A model generated the notes under the pieces. It saw only the letters and a program-made list of their open reading frames with translations. It ran no database searches and was not told the origin of the DNA. Shown here piece by piece: positions 9,754 to 20,732 of a stretch of 64,000 nt of DNA. Source of the DNA: a virus (lineage: Duplodnaviria; Caudoviricetes); the IMG/VR virus record IMGVR_UViG_3300021399_000005, positions 64,001 through 128,000 of that record. One strand, given 5' to 3'. Every line of letters begins with the position of its first letter. Positions within the stretch are counted from its first letter, which is position 1. The position numbers were made by a program, and so were the translations under genes.

Positions 9754-11688
9754 CTAGCCTTCGATGAAATAATTAATAAATTCTTGTTCTGTAATAATTG
9801 GAATTCCTAACTCTTTTGCCCTCTTATTTTTTATAGTACCACTATTAGGCGTATTTGTAATTAAATAATTTGTAAAAGAGGTTACTGAAGTTACAACTTT
9901 TCCACCCCTTGATTCAATATCTTCTTTTAGAGCATTTCTATTCTTATAAATTGATAAACTTCCTGTAATACAGAATTTTTCACCTTCCAATGAGAAATCC
10001 ATTTCTTCATTTTCTTCTTTATCACAAGTAACTACAATATATTTAGCGATTAGTAAATCTGCTTCTTCATAGTCAAAATTCCAAAGATACGACGTTTTTT
10101 CGGGGCCAAAGCCCTCCCATTTACAAAAGTCAAATTTTTCGTCTACTAAATCTCTAAACTCGCTCCAAGAGGAAACATGTTTACAAATATCTTTTGCTTG
10201 CGCAACTCCGATTGTAGGGATCCCCAAAGCGGAAATAAAGTTATTCAAAGGAACGTTTTGAGAGTTTTTAATGTTGTATAAAATTTTTTCAACTGATTTT
10301 TCTCCAAAGCCTGGTTGCGCAATCCATTTATCTTTCCACATAAACTCTAATTCATATAAATCAGTCAAGTTTTCTACCCAACCCCAGTCAACAAGTTTCT
10401 CTAATGTCTTCTTTGAGAGTCCCTTAATGTCGAGTCCCTTTTTACCACAGAAGTGGTCAAGTCTGTTAATAAATATAGATTCGCACTGAGGGTTGGTGCA
10501 ATATAAAACTTCTGATTCGTTTTCTTTTCTAATCTCTGTTGGTTTTCCACAGAAAGGACAAACTGATGGGATTTCAAAAGTAGGGATATTATTTGGATTA
10601 TTTGTTTGCGCAGATTTGACCTGGGGTACGATCATATTCGCTTTATAAATGAACACTCTCTGGCCTGGCCAAGGGTTTCCTAATAACTGTTTCATAATTG
10701 AAATATTATGTAAACTTGCCTTTTCACACACACTACCGTCTATATCAATTGCGTTATAAACTAAAACGGGGGTTAATTGACCAGTTCTACCCATTTGCCA
10801 CTGAATATCCTTAACTTCTGTTTCATATTCATCATCATACATCTTGAGAGCGATTCCACCCTTAAAATGATGGTCTGTTCGACCTGCATCAAAATACTCT
10901 TCAACATTATCAAACTTGAATACAAAACCATCAATCGGATAATCTAACCTACAATTTTCTCTATCTATATAATCTAACCCTTCTTCAATATCTTCTAAAT
11001 TCCAATATTTTTTATCTAGGGTATATTTAGGAACTTTTTCAAATCCTTGTTCAAACAACCACCACAACTTTTCTGTTAATGTTGGTAAGTCGTAATCTGT
11101 ATCCCATGCTACAAAAGTTAATTTTCGTTTTTGACATTCACTACTGTCTAACAATCTAATGCTTCCCGCAGCAAAGTTTCTAGCATTTTTATAATCTGTT
11201 TCAAATTCTTTAAATGTTTTTAAGTCACAAATAATTTCTCCATCAACAGAGATAGAAACTTTATCTTTTAAAGTCTTAGGAATAGATGGAATTACTTTTG
11301 CGTTATGAGTAACGTCTTCTCCTACCTCACCATTTCCTCTTGTTTCTGCTCTGACCAAGATTCCATTTACATAAGTTAAAGATAAAGTTAATCCATCCAT
11401 TTTTGACATAAAAATCATATCTTTACCACGCCCAAAGCTAAGAATTTCATTCATGTCTTTTGTTTTATCAAGAGATAACATTGGGTGATTATGTTTAACT
11501 TTATTTAACTTAGAAACAGTTTCAAAGAAAATAGATTGCGTTGGTGAGTTAGGAAGAGAGAATCCAAACTCTCTCTCCTTTTCTTTTAATTGGAAATAGA
11601 GGTCATCCCACTCTTTATCTGAAATTGCGGGATTCCCTTCGTCATATAGCCTAGTATATTCATTTAGTTTTTTTACCAAGTCTTCCAT
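9754..11688 (-). CDS. ligA: NAD+-dependent DNA ligase
   Basis: HPMLSL, KMDG, TRGNG, NARNFAAGS, GRTG, Zn finger, HhH and BRCT domains. Confidence 0.97.
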   Translation of the reverse strand: MEDLVKKLNEYTRLYDEGNPAISDKEWDDLYFQLKEKEREFGFSLPNSPTQSIFFETVSKLNKVKHNHPMLSLDKTKDMNEILSFGRGKDMIFMSKMDGLTLSLTYVNGILVRAETRGNGEVGEDVTHNAKVIPSIPKTLKDKVSISVDGEIICDLKTFKEFETDYKNARNFAAGSIRLLDSSECQKRKLTFVAWDTDYDLPTLTEKLWWLFEQGFEKVPKYTLDKKYWNLEDIEEGLDYIDRENCRLDYPIDGFVFKFDNVEEYFDAGRTDHHFKGGIALKMYDDEYETEVKDIQWQMGRTGQLTPVLVYNAIDIDGSVCEKASLHNISIMKQLLGNPWPGQRVFIYKANMIVPQVKSAQTNNPNNIPTFEIPSVCPFCGKPTEIRKENESEVLYCTNPQCESIFINRLDHFCGKKGLDIKGLSKKTLEKLVDWGWVENLTDLYELEFMWKDKWIAQPGFGEKSVEKILYNIKNSQNVPLNNFISALGIPTIGVAQAKDICKHVSSWSEFRDLVDEKFDFCKWEGFGPEKTSYLWNFDYEEADLLIAKYIVVTCDKEENEEMDFSLEGEKFCITGSLSIYKNRNALKEDIESRGGKVVTSVTSFTNYLITNTPNSGTIKNKRAKELGIPIITEQEFINYFIEG

Positions 11689-11697
11689 GTTATCTCC

Positions 11698-14019
11698 TTA
11701 AATTTTTGATGCTTGTACTATATTTGAGTTTTTAATTACTTGTACTCCTTGCGCAATTCTTCCGGTAATAGATATTTCAGAAGCTTTAATGCAAATTGAT
11801 TTACTTTGCCCAGAGATTAAAACGGCATCATCCTCCGCTAAAAGCAATGCTTCAGCGACCTCCAAGTCTTTTGCGCACATCAATCCAACTCCACCTCTTT
11901 TTTGAAGAGTTAAATCATTTAAATTAATTCTTTTTCCTAACCCATTTTTAGTAAAAATTGCAAGTTTATCATTTTCATCTCTAATTGGCAACATTGAAAC
12001 AATTTCATCGCCGTCTTTAAGAGTCATGGCTTTGACTCCTGCTGTTGTTCTTGAAGTCGTTGCAACATCTGTAGAATTGTATTTAATACACATTCCATTT
12101 TTAGTTACTAAGATAATTGGTTCATTATCCATAATTGCAACTGCGGCCAGGGTATCACCTTCGCGCAAGTTAATTGCGGCCAATCCAGTTTTCTTTCTTG
12201 TCTTTGTATATTCGCTAAGAGCTGATTTTTTAATCATTCCTTTTTTTGTTACGAATAGAACATATTTCTTTTCTGTCCCTCTCTGAATTGAATAGATTGT
12301 AGAAACATTTTCTCCAGGTTCCATTTTTACAAAACTTTGAATTGGCTGACCTTTTTTTGTATTAGTTCCTTCTGGAATATCATCAACTAAAAGCTTGTAC
12401 ATTTTTCCCTTGTCTGAGAAAACCATCAGCTGGTCAATAGTATTTGTTTTGATTATTTCTTTTGAAATATCATCAGTAGTTTTTACACCTTTACCACCTC
12501 GTCTTTGAGTTCTAAAAGAGGTTAAAGGAATTCTTTTAATTAAACCGCTTTCTGACATAATAACTACACACTGTTCTGGTTCAACAGTAGCAATATCTTT
12601 TTCGTCTTTCTTTAATTCTAACTGAATTAAATCTGTTCTTCTCTTGTCACCATATTTCTTAACAAGAGATAAAAGGATAGTTTTTACAGACTCTTTTTGA
12701 ATATTTGAATTTTCTAGCCAATTTTCAATTTCATTTATTGTTGAGATTAAAGATTTTTCTTCATTCTGAATTTCAACTTTTTCTAAGTTTGCTAAGCTAC
12801 TTAATCGCATAGCTAAAATTGCTTTTGCCTGTTCGATAGAGAATTTATATTTTTTAATTAATTCTTCTCTTGCGTCTGCGGCAGAAGGAGATTTTCTAAT
12901 TAAAGCAACTATATTATCAATATCTTCAAGAGCTTTTAACAAACCCTCAACAATATGTAATCTTGCTTTTGCTTTGTTTAAATCAAATTCTTTTTCTCTT
13001 GTTAAACATTTTAAAGCATTCTCAACATAAATATTACAACAATCTTTAAGATTTAATTCTGTTGGTGTTTTCCCAACAAGAGCAACCTGATTATATGAAA
13101 AACTTGTCTGAAGATTTGTCTTTAAGAAAAGTTGATTTGCAATATAGCTAGGGCTTTTGTCACACTCAACAACAATTCTAATTCCTTTTTTATTTGTTTC
13201 ATCCCTAATATCTGTAATACCATCAATTTCTTCTGCAACAGAACCAATTTCTGATACTAACGTTTCGACATTTGTTCCATATGGAATCTCATAAAAAACT
13301 AAATTATTCTTTTCTTCTTTATATTTTGCTCTAATTTTAACTGAACCGTGCCCAGTTCTCATAATGCTTGGAATATCGTTTTTGTTAATAACTATTCCGC
13401 CCGTTGGGAAATCTGGGCCAGGTAGCATTGGTTCTTTGCCATCCATATAATCTACAATGGCTTGCGCGACCTCGGTTAGGTTATGCGGAGCCCAAGAACA
13501 CGCGAGAGCCACGCCAATTCCTGAGTTCGGGTTGCAAAGGAGGTTTGGGAAGTACGAAGGCAAAACAACTGGCTCTTCTGAAGTTTCATCATAATTTGGG
13601 ATGAAATCTACATTATTCTTTTTTAATCCCTGCAATAACCCATCTTCTGCAATTTTTGACAATCTTGCTTCAGTATATCGAGAAGCTGCTGGACCATCCC
13701 CAATGACGTTACCGTTGTTTCCATGCCAGTCAATTAATGGATAACGCAAAACCCAATCTTGCGAAAGTCTTGCCATGGCACCATATATGGACGAGTCTCC
13801 GTGAGGATGTAGTCTGCCCATGACATCTCCTACAATTCGCGCAGCTTTTACGTGCGGTTTAGATGATGTTCTTCCTTCTGTTAAACATGAATATAAAATT
13901 CGTTTTGCAACTGGTTTTAAACCATCTGCAGCAGAGGGAATAGCTCTATCTGAATTCACAGCATAGGCATACTCAATAAAGTTTGTATGTAACTCATTAT
14001 AAATATCATTACTATTCAT
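11698..14019 (-). CDS. gyrA: type IIA topoisomerase subunit A (gyrase A)
   Basis: DGLKPV, HPHGDSS, AASRYTE (catalytic Tyr), GyrA-box QRRGGKG. Confidence 0.96.
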   Translation of the reverse strand: MNSNDIYNELHTNFIEYAYAVNSDRAIPSAADGLKPVAKRILYSCLTEGRTSSKPHVKAARIVGDVMGRLHPHGDSSIYGAMARLSQDWVLRYPLIDWHGNNGNVIGDGPAASRYTEARLSKIAEDGLLQGLKKNNVDFIPNYDETSEEPVVLPSYFPNLLCNPNSGIGVALACSWAPHNLTEVAQAIVDYMDGKEPMLPGPDFPTGGIVINKNDIPSIMRTGHGSVKIRAKYKEEKNNLVFYEIPYGTNVETLVSEIGSVAEEIDGITDIRDETNKKGIRIVVECDKSPSYIANQLFLKTNLQTSFSYNQVALVGKTPTELNLKDCCNIYVENALKCLTREKEFDLNKAKARLHIVEGLLKALEDIDNIVALIRKSPSAADAREELIKKYKFSIEQAKAILAMRLSSLANLEKVEIQNEEKSLISTINEIENWLENSNIQKESVKTILLSLVKKYGDKRRTDLIQLELKKDEKDIATVEPEQCVVIMSESGLIKRIPLTSFRTQRRGGKGVKTTDDISKEIIKTNTIDQLMVFSDKGKMYKLLVDDIPEGTNTKKGQPIQSFVKMEPGENVSTIYSIQRGTEKKYVLFVTKKGMIKKSALSEYTKTRKKTGLAAINLREGDTLAAVAIMDNEPIILVTKNGMCIKYNSTDVATTSRTTAGVKAMTLKDGDEIVSMLPIRDENDKLAIFTKNGLGKRINLNDLTLQKRGGVGLMCAKDLEVAEALLLAEDDAVLISGQSKSICIKASEISITGRIAQGVQVIKNSNIVQASKI

Positions 14020-14227
14020 TATTCAATCGCTCCTCCCAAAGTTTTACTTTTTTATTCCAAACTGAAAGCTCTTTTTTTATTTCTTCTTGTCTTTCTAAGC
14101 ACTCTTTTTTAAATTTTGAATTCCAACCATATCTACAATGATCACAATCTCCACAAAAAGGTTTATTTCTTTTTAAGTAATCTAATACATATAGGATACC
14201 ATCTTTAGAATACTTTTTATTTTTCAC
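14012..14227 (-). CDS. hypothetical Cys-rich protein
   Basis: ORF between gyrB and gyrA with CxxCxxC. Confidence 0.55.
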   Translation of the reverse strand: MKNKKYSKDGILYVLDYLKRNKPFCGDCDHCRYGWNSKFKKECLERQEEIKKELSVWNKKVKLWEERLNNE

Positions 14228-14432
14228 GAACTATCTCCAAGTTATCCCAGGTAGTATCATATTTTCTATTATTCCATTTTATTCTAACATAATCTCCATA
14301 AAGATTACGAAATTCTCTTACATATTCTACAATTTCACCAGCTGGAATATTTGGATATTTTAATGCTGCCTGAGTCATAAAATCTTCATCGTGAATTATT
14401 CTTAATGTTCTTAGTTTTACATTATTCTGCAT
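14217..14432 (-). CDS. hypothetical protein
   Basis: ORF overlapping the gyrB stop; likely start MQNNVK. Confidence 0.5.
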   Translation of the reverse strand: MQNNVKLRTLRIIHDEDFMTQAALKYPNIPAGEIVEYVREFRNLYGDYVRIKWNNRKYDTTWDNLEIVREK

Positions 14433-16335
14433 TATAGATACCTGCTTCTCCACCATGTTCTTTAATGTAAGCTTTTCTTAACATTGCGCTTTGCCCCATT
14501 AAAGTTTCAAATAAAGTATTTGTCTTTTTGATATCTTCAACCGTAATTTGTTTAATAATTCTATTATTTGGGTCTGTCAAGGTTTCTTCTGTTTCTTCGA
14601 CAGAAAGTTCTCCAAGTCCCTTTAATCTATTGACCTGGTACTTCTCTCCAGTATGCTGTTTTCTAAATTCTTCTAAAGCAGCATCATTTTTTAAGTATTT
14701 ATAACCTTTGTTTCCTCCTAAAGTAATTTTATATAAAGGTGGAACTCCAGCATAGATATACCCATCTTCAATTAGCTGTGGGCAGAAATTCCAGATAAAT
14801 GTGTAGAACAGATTCTTGATATGGGCCCCATCCACATCAGCATCTGATTCTATAATAATCTTGCCATAGCGTAAATCTTCTGGACGGTATGTAATCTTCA
14901 TTGTTTTTGTATCAATTGTTAAGCCAAACGCATCAATCATAGTCATGATTTCAGCGTTCTTCTGGATTTTTTCAAGGCTTGATTTCTGGGTGTTCAAAAT
15001 CTTACCTCGTACTGGCATTACAGCCTGAAAAGAATTGTCTCTCGCAAGTTTTAGGTTACCACTGGCACTATCACCTTCGGTTATGTAGATCTCACATTCG
15101 TGTCTAGGTTTACCTTTACAGTCAGCCAATTTAGAGTCAAACTTTAATGCTTTTTCTTTTTTCTTGTTTTGCTGTCTTACTGACTCTCTGGCTTTTTTAG
15201 CCGCATCTCTAGCCTTGCGGGCATTTATAGCCTTTTCCGCAATTACCTTAATTTCTTTCTCATTTGCGTTCATCCAGAAAACTAAATTTTCTGTAATTGC
15301 TTTTGTGAAAGGGGTCATATCAATTTTTACAATATGACTTTTTACCTGAGCGTTATAAGCAACACCTGAAGTTGTAATATTAAAAACTGCGTATAAACCT
15401 TCTTGTAGGTCATCTCCAGTTAAGTTTTTATCTTTTTCTTTTAACCATTTCTTTTCCTTAAAGAATTTATTAAACTCTCTTGTTAAAATGGTTTTTACTT
15501 GTGTGATATGAGGACCAGTTTCTGTTAAACCAGTATTTACATATGGTACAATAGTAGAACTGTAATCTGTTGTATAGGTTAAGACAAAATCCATTTTATT
15601 TTTATCGTCTGCAAAATTCATTCTAAAACGATTAGTTAAAATTTCTTTGTCTTTAACTGCTTCATCCACTAAATCATCAATGCCATTTTTAGATTGATAT
15701 AAAACTTTTTCTCCATTATTATCTAACTCAATAATTAAACCTGGACATAAAGCCGTAATAGTTTTACAGAGGTCTTTAATTTTATCAATTTCTACTTCTG
15801 TATGTGTAAAGAATTCTTCAGAAGGTTGCCATTGAACTAAAGTTCCAGTAGTTTTATTGTTCCACTTTCCACTATCACGTTTACTAAATTCACCCTCTTT
15901 AAACCAAATATGTTCATATTGATTGTCTCGATAAGTAATTACTTCTAACCAATGTGATAAAAAGGTGGGGAGCTTACTACCTATTCCAAAAGATCCCAAA
16001 GACGTCCCTTCATAAGTTCCATCGTCACGATATTTTCCAGATGTATTCAATACACTAAAAGCAGCTTCAAGAATTGTTTTTCCATCATCTCTAAAAGAGT
16101 TTGGGATAAAACCTTGACCACTATCTTCAACAATAACAATATCCTTTTGGATAGTAATGCTAATTTTATTTCCATGACCAAGTCTAAACTCATCAATAGA
16201 GTTAGATAAAATTTCAATTAAAAGCTGCGTAGAATACTCTGTATTACCACAATATACACCTGGTCTAAGTCTGGTGAACTCTAAAGGCGAGAGCGATTCA
16301 ATACTATCTTCTGTATACAATGTTTTATTTACCAT
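14422..16335 (-). CDS. gyrB: type IIA topoisomerase subunit B (gyrase B)
   Basis: RLRPGVY, EILSNSIDE, EGDSA, PVRGKILN, DADVDGAHI, RLKGLGE. Confidence 0.96.
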   Translation of the reverse strand: MVNKTLYTEDSIESLSPLEFTRLRPGVYCGNTEYSTQLLIEILSNSIDEFRLGHGNKISITIQKDIVIVEDSGQGFIPNSFRDDGKTILEAAFSVLNTSGKYRDDGTYEGTSLGSFGIGSKLPTFLSHWLEVITYRDNQYEHIWFKEGEFSKRDSGKWNNKTTGTLVQWQPSEEFFTHTEVEIDKIKDLCKTITALCPGLIIELDNNGEKVLYQSKNGIDDLVDEAVKDKEILTNRFRMNFADDKNKMDFVLTYTTDYSSTIVPYVNTGLTETGPHITQVKTILTREFNKFFKEKKWLKEKDKNLTGDDLQEGLYAVFNITTSGVAYNAQVKSHIVKIDMTPFTKAITENLVFWMNANEKEIKVIAEKAINARKARDAAKKARESVRQQNKKKEKALKFDSKLADCKGKPRHECEIYITEGDSASGNLKLARDNSFQAVMPVRGKILNTQKSSLEKIQKNAEIMTMIDAFGLTIDTKTMKITYRPEDLRYGKIIIESDADVDGAHIKNLFYTFIWNFCPQLIEDGYIYAGVPPLYKITLGGNKGYKYLKNDAALEEFRKQHTGEKYQVNRLKGLGELSVEETEETLTDPNNRIIKQITVEDIKKTNTLFETLMGQSAMLRKAYIKEHGGEAGIYNAE

Positions 16336-16346
16336 TCCATACCTCC

Positions 16347-16571
16347 TTATTCTACTACTTTATAATCTATCTCTAAATTATTACCAATATCATCTATACG
16401 ATAATCATCAACTAAAAAGTCTAATTCTTTAATTTCATCTTCAAACCAACCAGGTTCCTCTTTAAATTCTTCAAATTCCTCATCTGTTAATTCAAGAATA
16501 CCTTCATAGTGTCCATATCTTAAATGTCCTGTTACATAATCTGGAATTGCATGAATAAGTACCTTTTTCAT
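16347..16571 (-). CDS. hypothetical protein
   Basis: ORF with RBS and upstream promoter. Confidence 0.6.
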   Translation of the reverse strand: MKKVLIHAIPDYVTGHLRYGHYEGILELTDEEFEEFKEEPGWFEDEIKELDFLVDDYRIDDIGNNLEIDYKVVE

Positions 16572-16601
16572 TTTTTACCTCTTTTCTATATAATTATTAT
16601 A

Positions 16602-16877
16602 TTATATTTTTTGTTTTTTGTCAATTATTTCATTAATTTTTTTACCATCTTCAAAACTAAAATGTCTATTAGTACATAATTTCATCATATTAAGATATTT
16701 TGGAAAAGTACGATTTTTCATATGTTTCCACCAATCCTCAATAAACGGGTGGTCTAAAATTTTTAAATATGGGATAAAACTCTCTGGATTGTCCATATCT
16801 ATTTTATCTAAAATTTCTTTTTTTGTTTCTTCGAGATAGTAAGAACCATCTCTTTTTTGAAAATAATCTTTATCCAT
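16602..16877 (-). CDS. hypothetical protein
   Basis: ORF with GGAGG RBS. Confidence 0.6.
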   Translation of the reverse strand: MDKDYFQKRDGSYYLEETKKEILDKIDMDNPESFIPYLKILDHPFIEDWWKHMKNRTFPKYLNMMKLCTNRHFSFEDGKKINEIIDKKQKI

Positions 16878-18393
16878 TTCTTACCTCCTTAATCCATTCT
16901 ACATTTTTATCTTTAAGTGTTTTTTGATTGCGTTTATGGGCTTGGTGAACGGCTTGTCTAGATATGCCAAGCGCGTTACCAACTGCCGCATATGAATCAA
17001 AATATTTACCATCTATTTTACAAATAGTTTTTGTTTCTATTTTTTCTTCTACTGTATCTTCTAAATTGTAAATTCTAAAATAATAATCTCCTAATCTTTT
17101 ATGTGAAGAAGAAGCCTTTCTAATTTCATTAGTAGAAAAATCTTTAATTTTACTAAGATATTGATAAGTTTCAATCAAATCTCCATAAACATTATATTTC
17201 GCTATTATTTTTTGTCTTTGCTGAACCTTTTTCTTATTTTCATTGACTTTTTGCTGCCAATAAGCTTGAACAACAGGGTCTGTATAATCTTTTAAAGAAG
17301 AGTCCTTTTTAGTGAAAACAAAAAGTTGGTTTTTCCACTCTTCCCTTTTTCTTCCTTTTGTTTTTATATTATATGTTTTTTGTAAAACTAATCCTTCTTC
17401 TTCAGCAATTTGAACCCAATCTGAAGTAAGAAAATATTTTACATTATTCATTTCAAAATTTTCCACATCTACACAATAGACACCATCTTTCTTGAGAGCT
17501 TTGACGCAGTTTTTTATCGTTTGACGCACAAAACAATCCAGCCATTCTTGATACTCTGGATATTTATTGACAGATTGAGTTTCTTCTTTTGTGTATTTTT
17601 CAAGAGTAAAAAATGGAGGGCATGAAAAACATAAATCAACGCTCTCTTCTTTTAACTCCAAATCTTCTGCACATTGATTATAAAGGATTGCGCTATTGGT
17701 TCTTCCGGTCACCTCTTCAATATAGCCTTGTAGTTTTACCAAATTTTGATATGTTTCTGTATTCGGGTCTGTTCCAATGTAAGTGAAGTTTTTATTTGAG
17801 GATAACGCTCCTAACATTCTTCCACCAAACCCTGCACAAAAATCATAAACAACCCCATTTTCTGGACAAAACTTTTCAAAAATTGCTTTTGCTCTCATTG
17901 GATTGTAGTTTGTAGCAGTTTTCCATCTAAACCTGGAGACCGCAAAAAACGCCGTGCGCATGTTGTGAATAACGCCAGAAGATAATGAAATTCTTAAACA
18001 GGTTTTTAAACATTCATTATTCAAAAATCTTTTTAACATAGTATTAGTATCTTTTCCACCAATACTTTCTACCATGTGTAAATTTGGAAATAAATAATCT
18101 AACAATGTTAAACCTTCAGAATAAAAAATTTCCAATGCATCTCCGCTAAAGGCAACCCTCCTTGCGCAAGCATCTTCAATCTCCTTTAAAACTCCTTCAT
18201 GATTATAATAAAAAATTGGAAACAAATTAATTTTTCTAATCTCTTCAATCATTTTGTTTAGAAGTTCTTCTTGGTCTTCGTCGGAAAGATTTCTAAAGTC
18301 TCCTGGTAAGCAAGGATTTAAAACGGGAAGAATCTTTTTATACGGGTCTTGTTTTTCTCTTGTGGGAGTAAAATTAAAATATTCGTTATTCAT
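16870..18393 (-). CDS. amino-DNA methyltransferase (N4C/N6A-like) with C-terminal NUMOD1/HTH-like repeats
   Basis: YDFCAGFGGR (SAM-binding motif I), GTDPN, FSCPPF..LEKY (motif IV variant); C-terminal FDSYAAVGNALGISRQAV. Confidence 0.75.
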   Translation of the reverse strand: MNNEYFNFTPTREKQDPYKKILPVLNPCLPGDFRNLSDEDQEELLNKMIEEIRKINLFPIFYYNHEGVLKEIEDACARRVAFSGDALEIFYSEGLTLLDYLFPNLHMVESIGGKDTNTMLKRFLNNECLKTCLRISLSSGVIHNMRTAFFAVSRFRWKTATNYNPMRAKAIFEKFCPENGVVYDFCAGFGGRMLGALSSNKNFTYIGTDPNTETYQNLVKLQGYIEEVTGRTNSAILYNQCAEDLELKEESVDLCFSCPPFFTLEKYTKEETQSVNKYPEYQEWLDCFVRQTIKNCVKALKKDGVYCVDVENFEMNNVKYFLTSDWVQIAEEEGLVLQKTYNIKTKGRKREEWKNQLFVFTKKDSSLKDYTDPVVQAYWQQKVNENKKKVQQRQKIIAKYNVYGDLIETYQYLSKIKDFSTNEIRKASSSHKRLGDYYFRIYNLEDTVEEKIETKTICKIDGKYFDSYAAVGNALGISRQAVHQAHKRNQKTLKDKNVEWIKEVRNG

Positions 18394-18758
18394 CTCTTAG
18401 TACTCCCCAGCTACTTCCTAATGGAACTATATTAAAACCACATTCTTTTAATTGTTCTCTAACCCAATCACAAACTTCTTCTTGCGTTTTACTTTCAAAC
18501 CAGTTTGAGCAGCTCCACATTGTTAAAGCTATTTGAAATATAATATCAATTAATTTTTGTTCTCTATTCATCTATTTAATCAAACATATCTGAAAAAAGT
18601 AATGGATAAGGGATACCGCAGAGAGTATCTTCATCTTCTGTTTCTTCTATTGTAATAGAAATATTATCTCGAATAAAACCTTCTGGGTCTTGTTCAAAAA
18701 GTTCATATTCAAGGTCTGTTAAATAAATTTGTTCTCCATTAATATAAATTTCTTTCAT
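18386..18758 (-). other. two small hypothetical CDS (18386-18571, 18576-18758)
   Basis: Tightly packed ORFs on the coding strand. Confidence 0.55.
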
Positions 18759-18835
18759 ATGTTTCTTTCCTTTCTTTATATTATTATTTTATCATATATT
18801 TTATATTTTTGCAAAATAAAAAGAGCCGTAGCTCT

Positions 18836-19306
18836 TTAGAGTTTTAATACGTCTTGAGTGGAGATTTCTCCTTTTGCCATTTTATCAACTAGTTCGTTGT
18901 ATTTATGTCCAGTATGTCCTGGCACTCTTTTTATCTGGATTTTATATCCCTTTTGTTCATGCATATAAAATTGAGCAATAACATCTAAATTTGCCGGAGC
19001 GCCACCAGTTGGAAGACTCCAACCATTTCTTTCCCAATTATACATCCAGTAGGAATAAGTTTTTCTTGCGTATTCAGAATCCGTATATAAAATTGGTGTA
19101 TTTTCTTCGTTTTTTGTGCCATAGGCTTTGAAAGCTTCTAAGATGGCCAATAGTTCTTCTCTGTTGTTTGTAGTATTTTTAGTTGTTTGCGCAGCCGCAG
19201 CTCTAATTTGTCCATCTTCAACAACTAACCAAGCATGACCGCCAATATTTTCTGCCCCAACACGATTTTCAATTCTTGTACTACCATCTGTATAGATTTC
19301 AATCAT
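18836..19306 (-). CDS. rnhA: ribonuclease HI
   Basis: IYTDGS, TNNREEL, YTDSEY, VPGHTG..NELVDKMA. Confidence 0.93.
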   Translation of the reverse strand: MIEIYTDGSTRIENRVGAENIGGHAWLVVEDGQIRAAAAQTTKNTTNNREELLAILEAFKAYGTKNEENTPILYTDSEYARKTYSYWMYNWERNGWSLPTGGAPANLDVIAQFYMHEQKGYKIQIKRVPGHTGHKYNELVDKMAKGEISTQDVLKL

Positions 19307-19307
19307 A

Positions 19308-19934
19308 TTAATTATCTCCCAAAAATTCTAAACTGATTTCAAAACCATCTTTATCAGGGTTTTCATTTAACCACTCTTCAACAAAAATCATAGCTTCTTC
19401 AAGCCCAACATTTTCAAGGGTAATAATACCATTAATCTTCACGTTGTACATCAGATTTTTCTTCCTCCTCTTTTTGTTTTTCTTCAATATAAACTTGAAG
19501 GGCGCCCATGGCGAAGTCATCCATCGTATCGTGTACACCTTGCTGATAACCAAGCCAGAAACTAAAACCTAGTGCACAACTTACCATGACAAAAATAAGA
19601 AAAAGTTTCATTATTCTTCGTCCTCTTTATCTTTTTTTAATTCCTCAGCAAGTTTAAAAAGGCTTTCTTCAACTCGTTTTTTTGGAATTGATAATTTATT
19701 ATAAAAAGTATCATAATCCCAACTATTAAGCCAATCTAAGCAGTTATTACCCCTATAAGTACTTGCCTTATCTTGAACAATATAGTCAATAAGAATATCT
19801 TGTTTTTCTTCTAGAGCTACTTTTTCTTTTTCTAAAGCAATTATCATGTCGTTAGCTTTCCAGTTTTCATATTTTAAATTTGCAATATCTTCAGAAAGAT
19901 TAATAATGTGTTCTGCTAAAAAATATTCTTCCAT
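19308..19934 (-). other. three small hypothetical CDS (19308-19451; ~19431-19610 with hydrophobic N-terminus MKLFLIFVMVS; 19611-19934)
   Basis: Contiguous ORFs; the middle one was translated manually. Confidence 0.5.
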
Positions 19935-19938
19935 AATT

Positions 19939-20427
19939 TTACTCCTTTAAATCTAAATAACTATAAATTTTATCCATTACTGAAAAATTACCGTCTATTA
20001 AAAATTTTTTTCTTATTTGTTTTATTCCAATTTCAGATTTTATTGGGTCAAATAACCCGTTTAAAAAACTAACCGATATGTGTTGTATTTCTTCTGAAAA
20101 ACACAAACAAACACTACCTATTTTACTAATAATAGGCATCCATTCTTTAATTTGGTTTTCAAAAGTTAAAATTCCCTGCTCTACTCCACACAAACATGAC
20201 CCCCAAGTTTCTGGAAAATCAAGATAAATATCAAGTCTAATCTCTTCTCCTGCTGGGGAAGAAGAGGTTGTTATAATACCATTTTCTTTGTTTGGAATAA
20301 CAATACTTTCGTCTTTTTGTTCCATTAAATAAGCTTTTAAACTGCCTAATTCATGTGAAGGTGTTGTTTGGCCTATCTTATCAATAAGGTCAATCCAATT
20401 TTGAATCATATTATCATTTACAATCAT
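19939..20427 (-). CDS. STAS-like (DUF4325-like) domain protein
   Basis: C-terminal ..FSEEIQHISVSFLNGLF pattern. Confidence 0.45.
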   Translation of the reverse strand: MIVNDNMIQNWIDLIDKIGQTTPSHELGSLKAYLMEQKDESIVIPNKENGIITTSSSPAGEEIRLDIYLDFPETWGSCLCGVEQGILTFENQIKEWMPIISKIGSVCLCFSEEIQHISVSFLNGLFDPIKSEIGIKQIRKKFLIDGNFSVMDKIYSYLDLKE

Positions 20428-20430
20428 TGT

Positions 20431-20673
20431 TTATTCTCCTATATATGCTTCTGGATAGTCCATCCATGCAACTACCTCAAAACAATTTTCCTTTGTTTCA
20501 TTATACCACAGCTTTTCTTCTGCATCGAAATATAAAGAACCAGTATAATAACCACTCGCATCGGGAACACCAAAAGACTCTAAAATTTTTTCTAACCAAT
20601 ATTCAGTTTTTATTGTTACAATATAGTTCCCCGATTTTTTGGGGGGTCTAACTTTAACAGGAATCCATTCCAA
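20431..20673 (-). CDS. DUF551-like phage protein
   Basis: WIPVKVRPP..VVAWMDYPEAY. Confidence 0.75.
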   Translation of the reverse strand: MEWIPVKVRPPKKSGNYIVTIKTEYWLEKILESFGVPDASGYYTGSLYFDAEEKLWYNETKENCFEVVAWMDYPEAYIGE

Positions 20674-20732
20674 ATAATCACCCTTTCTTTTATATAATTA
20701 TTATATAACATTTTTTGAAAAAAGTCAAATCT

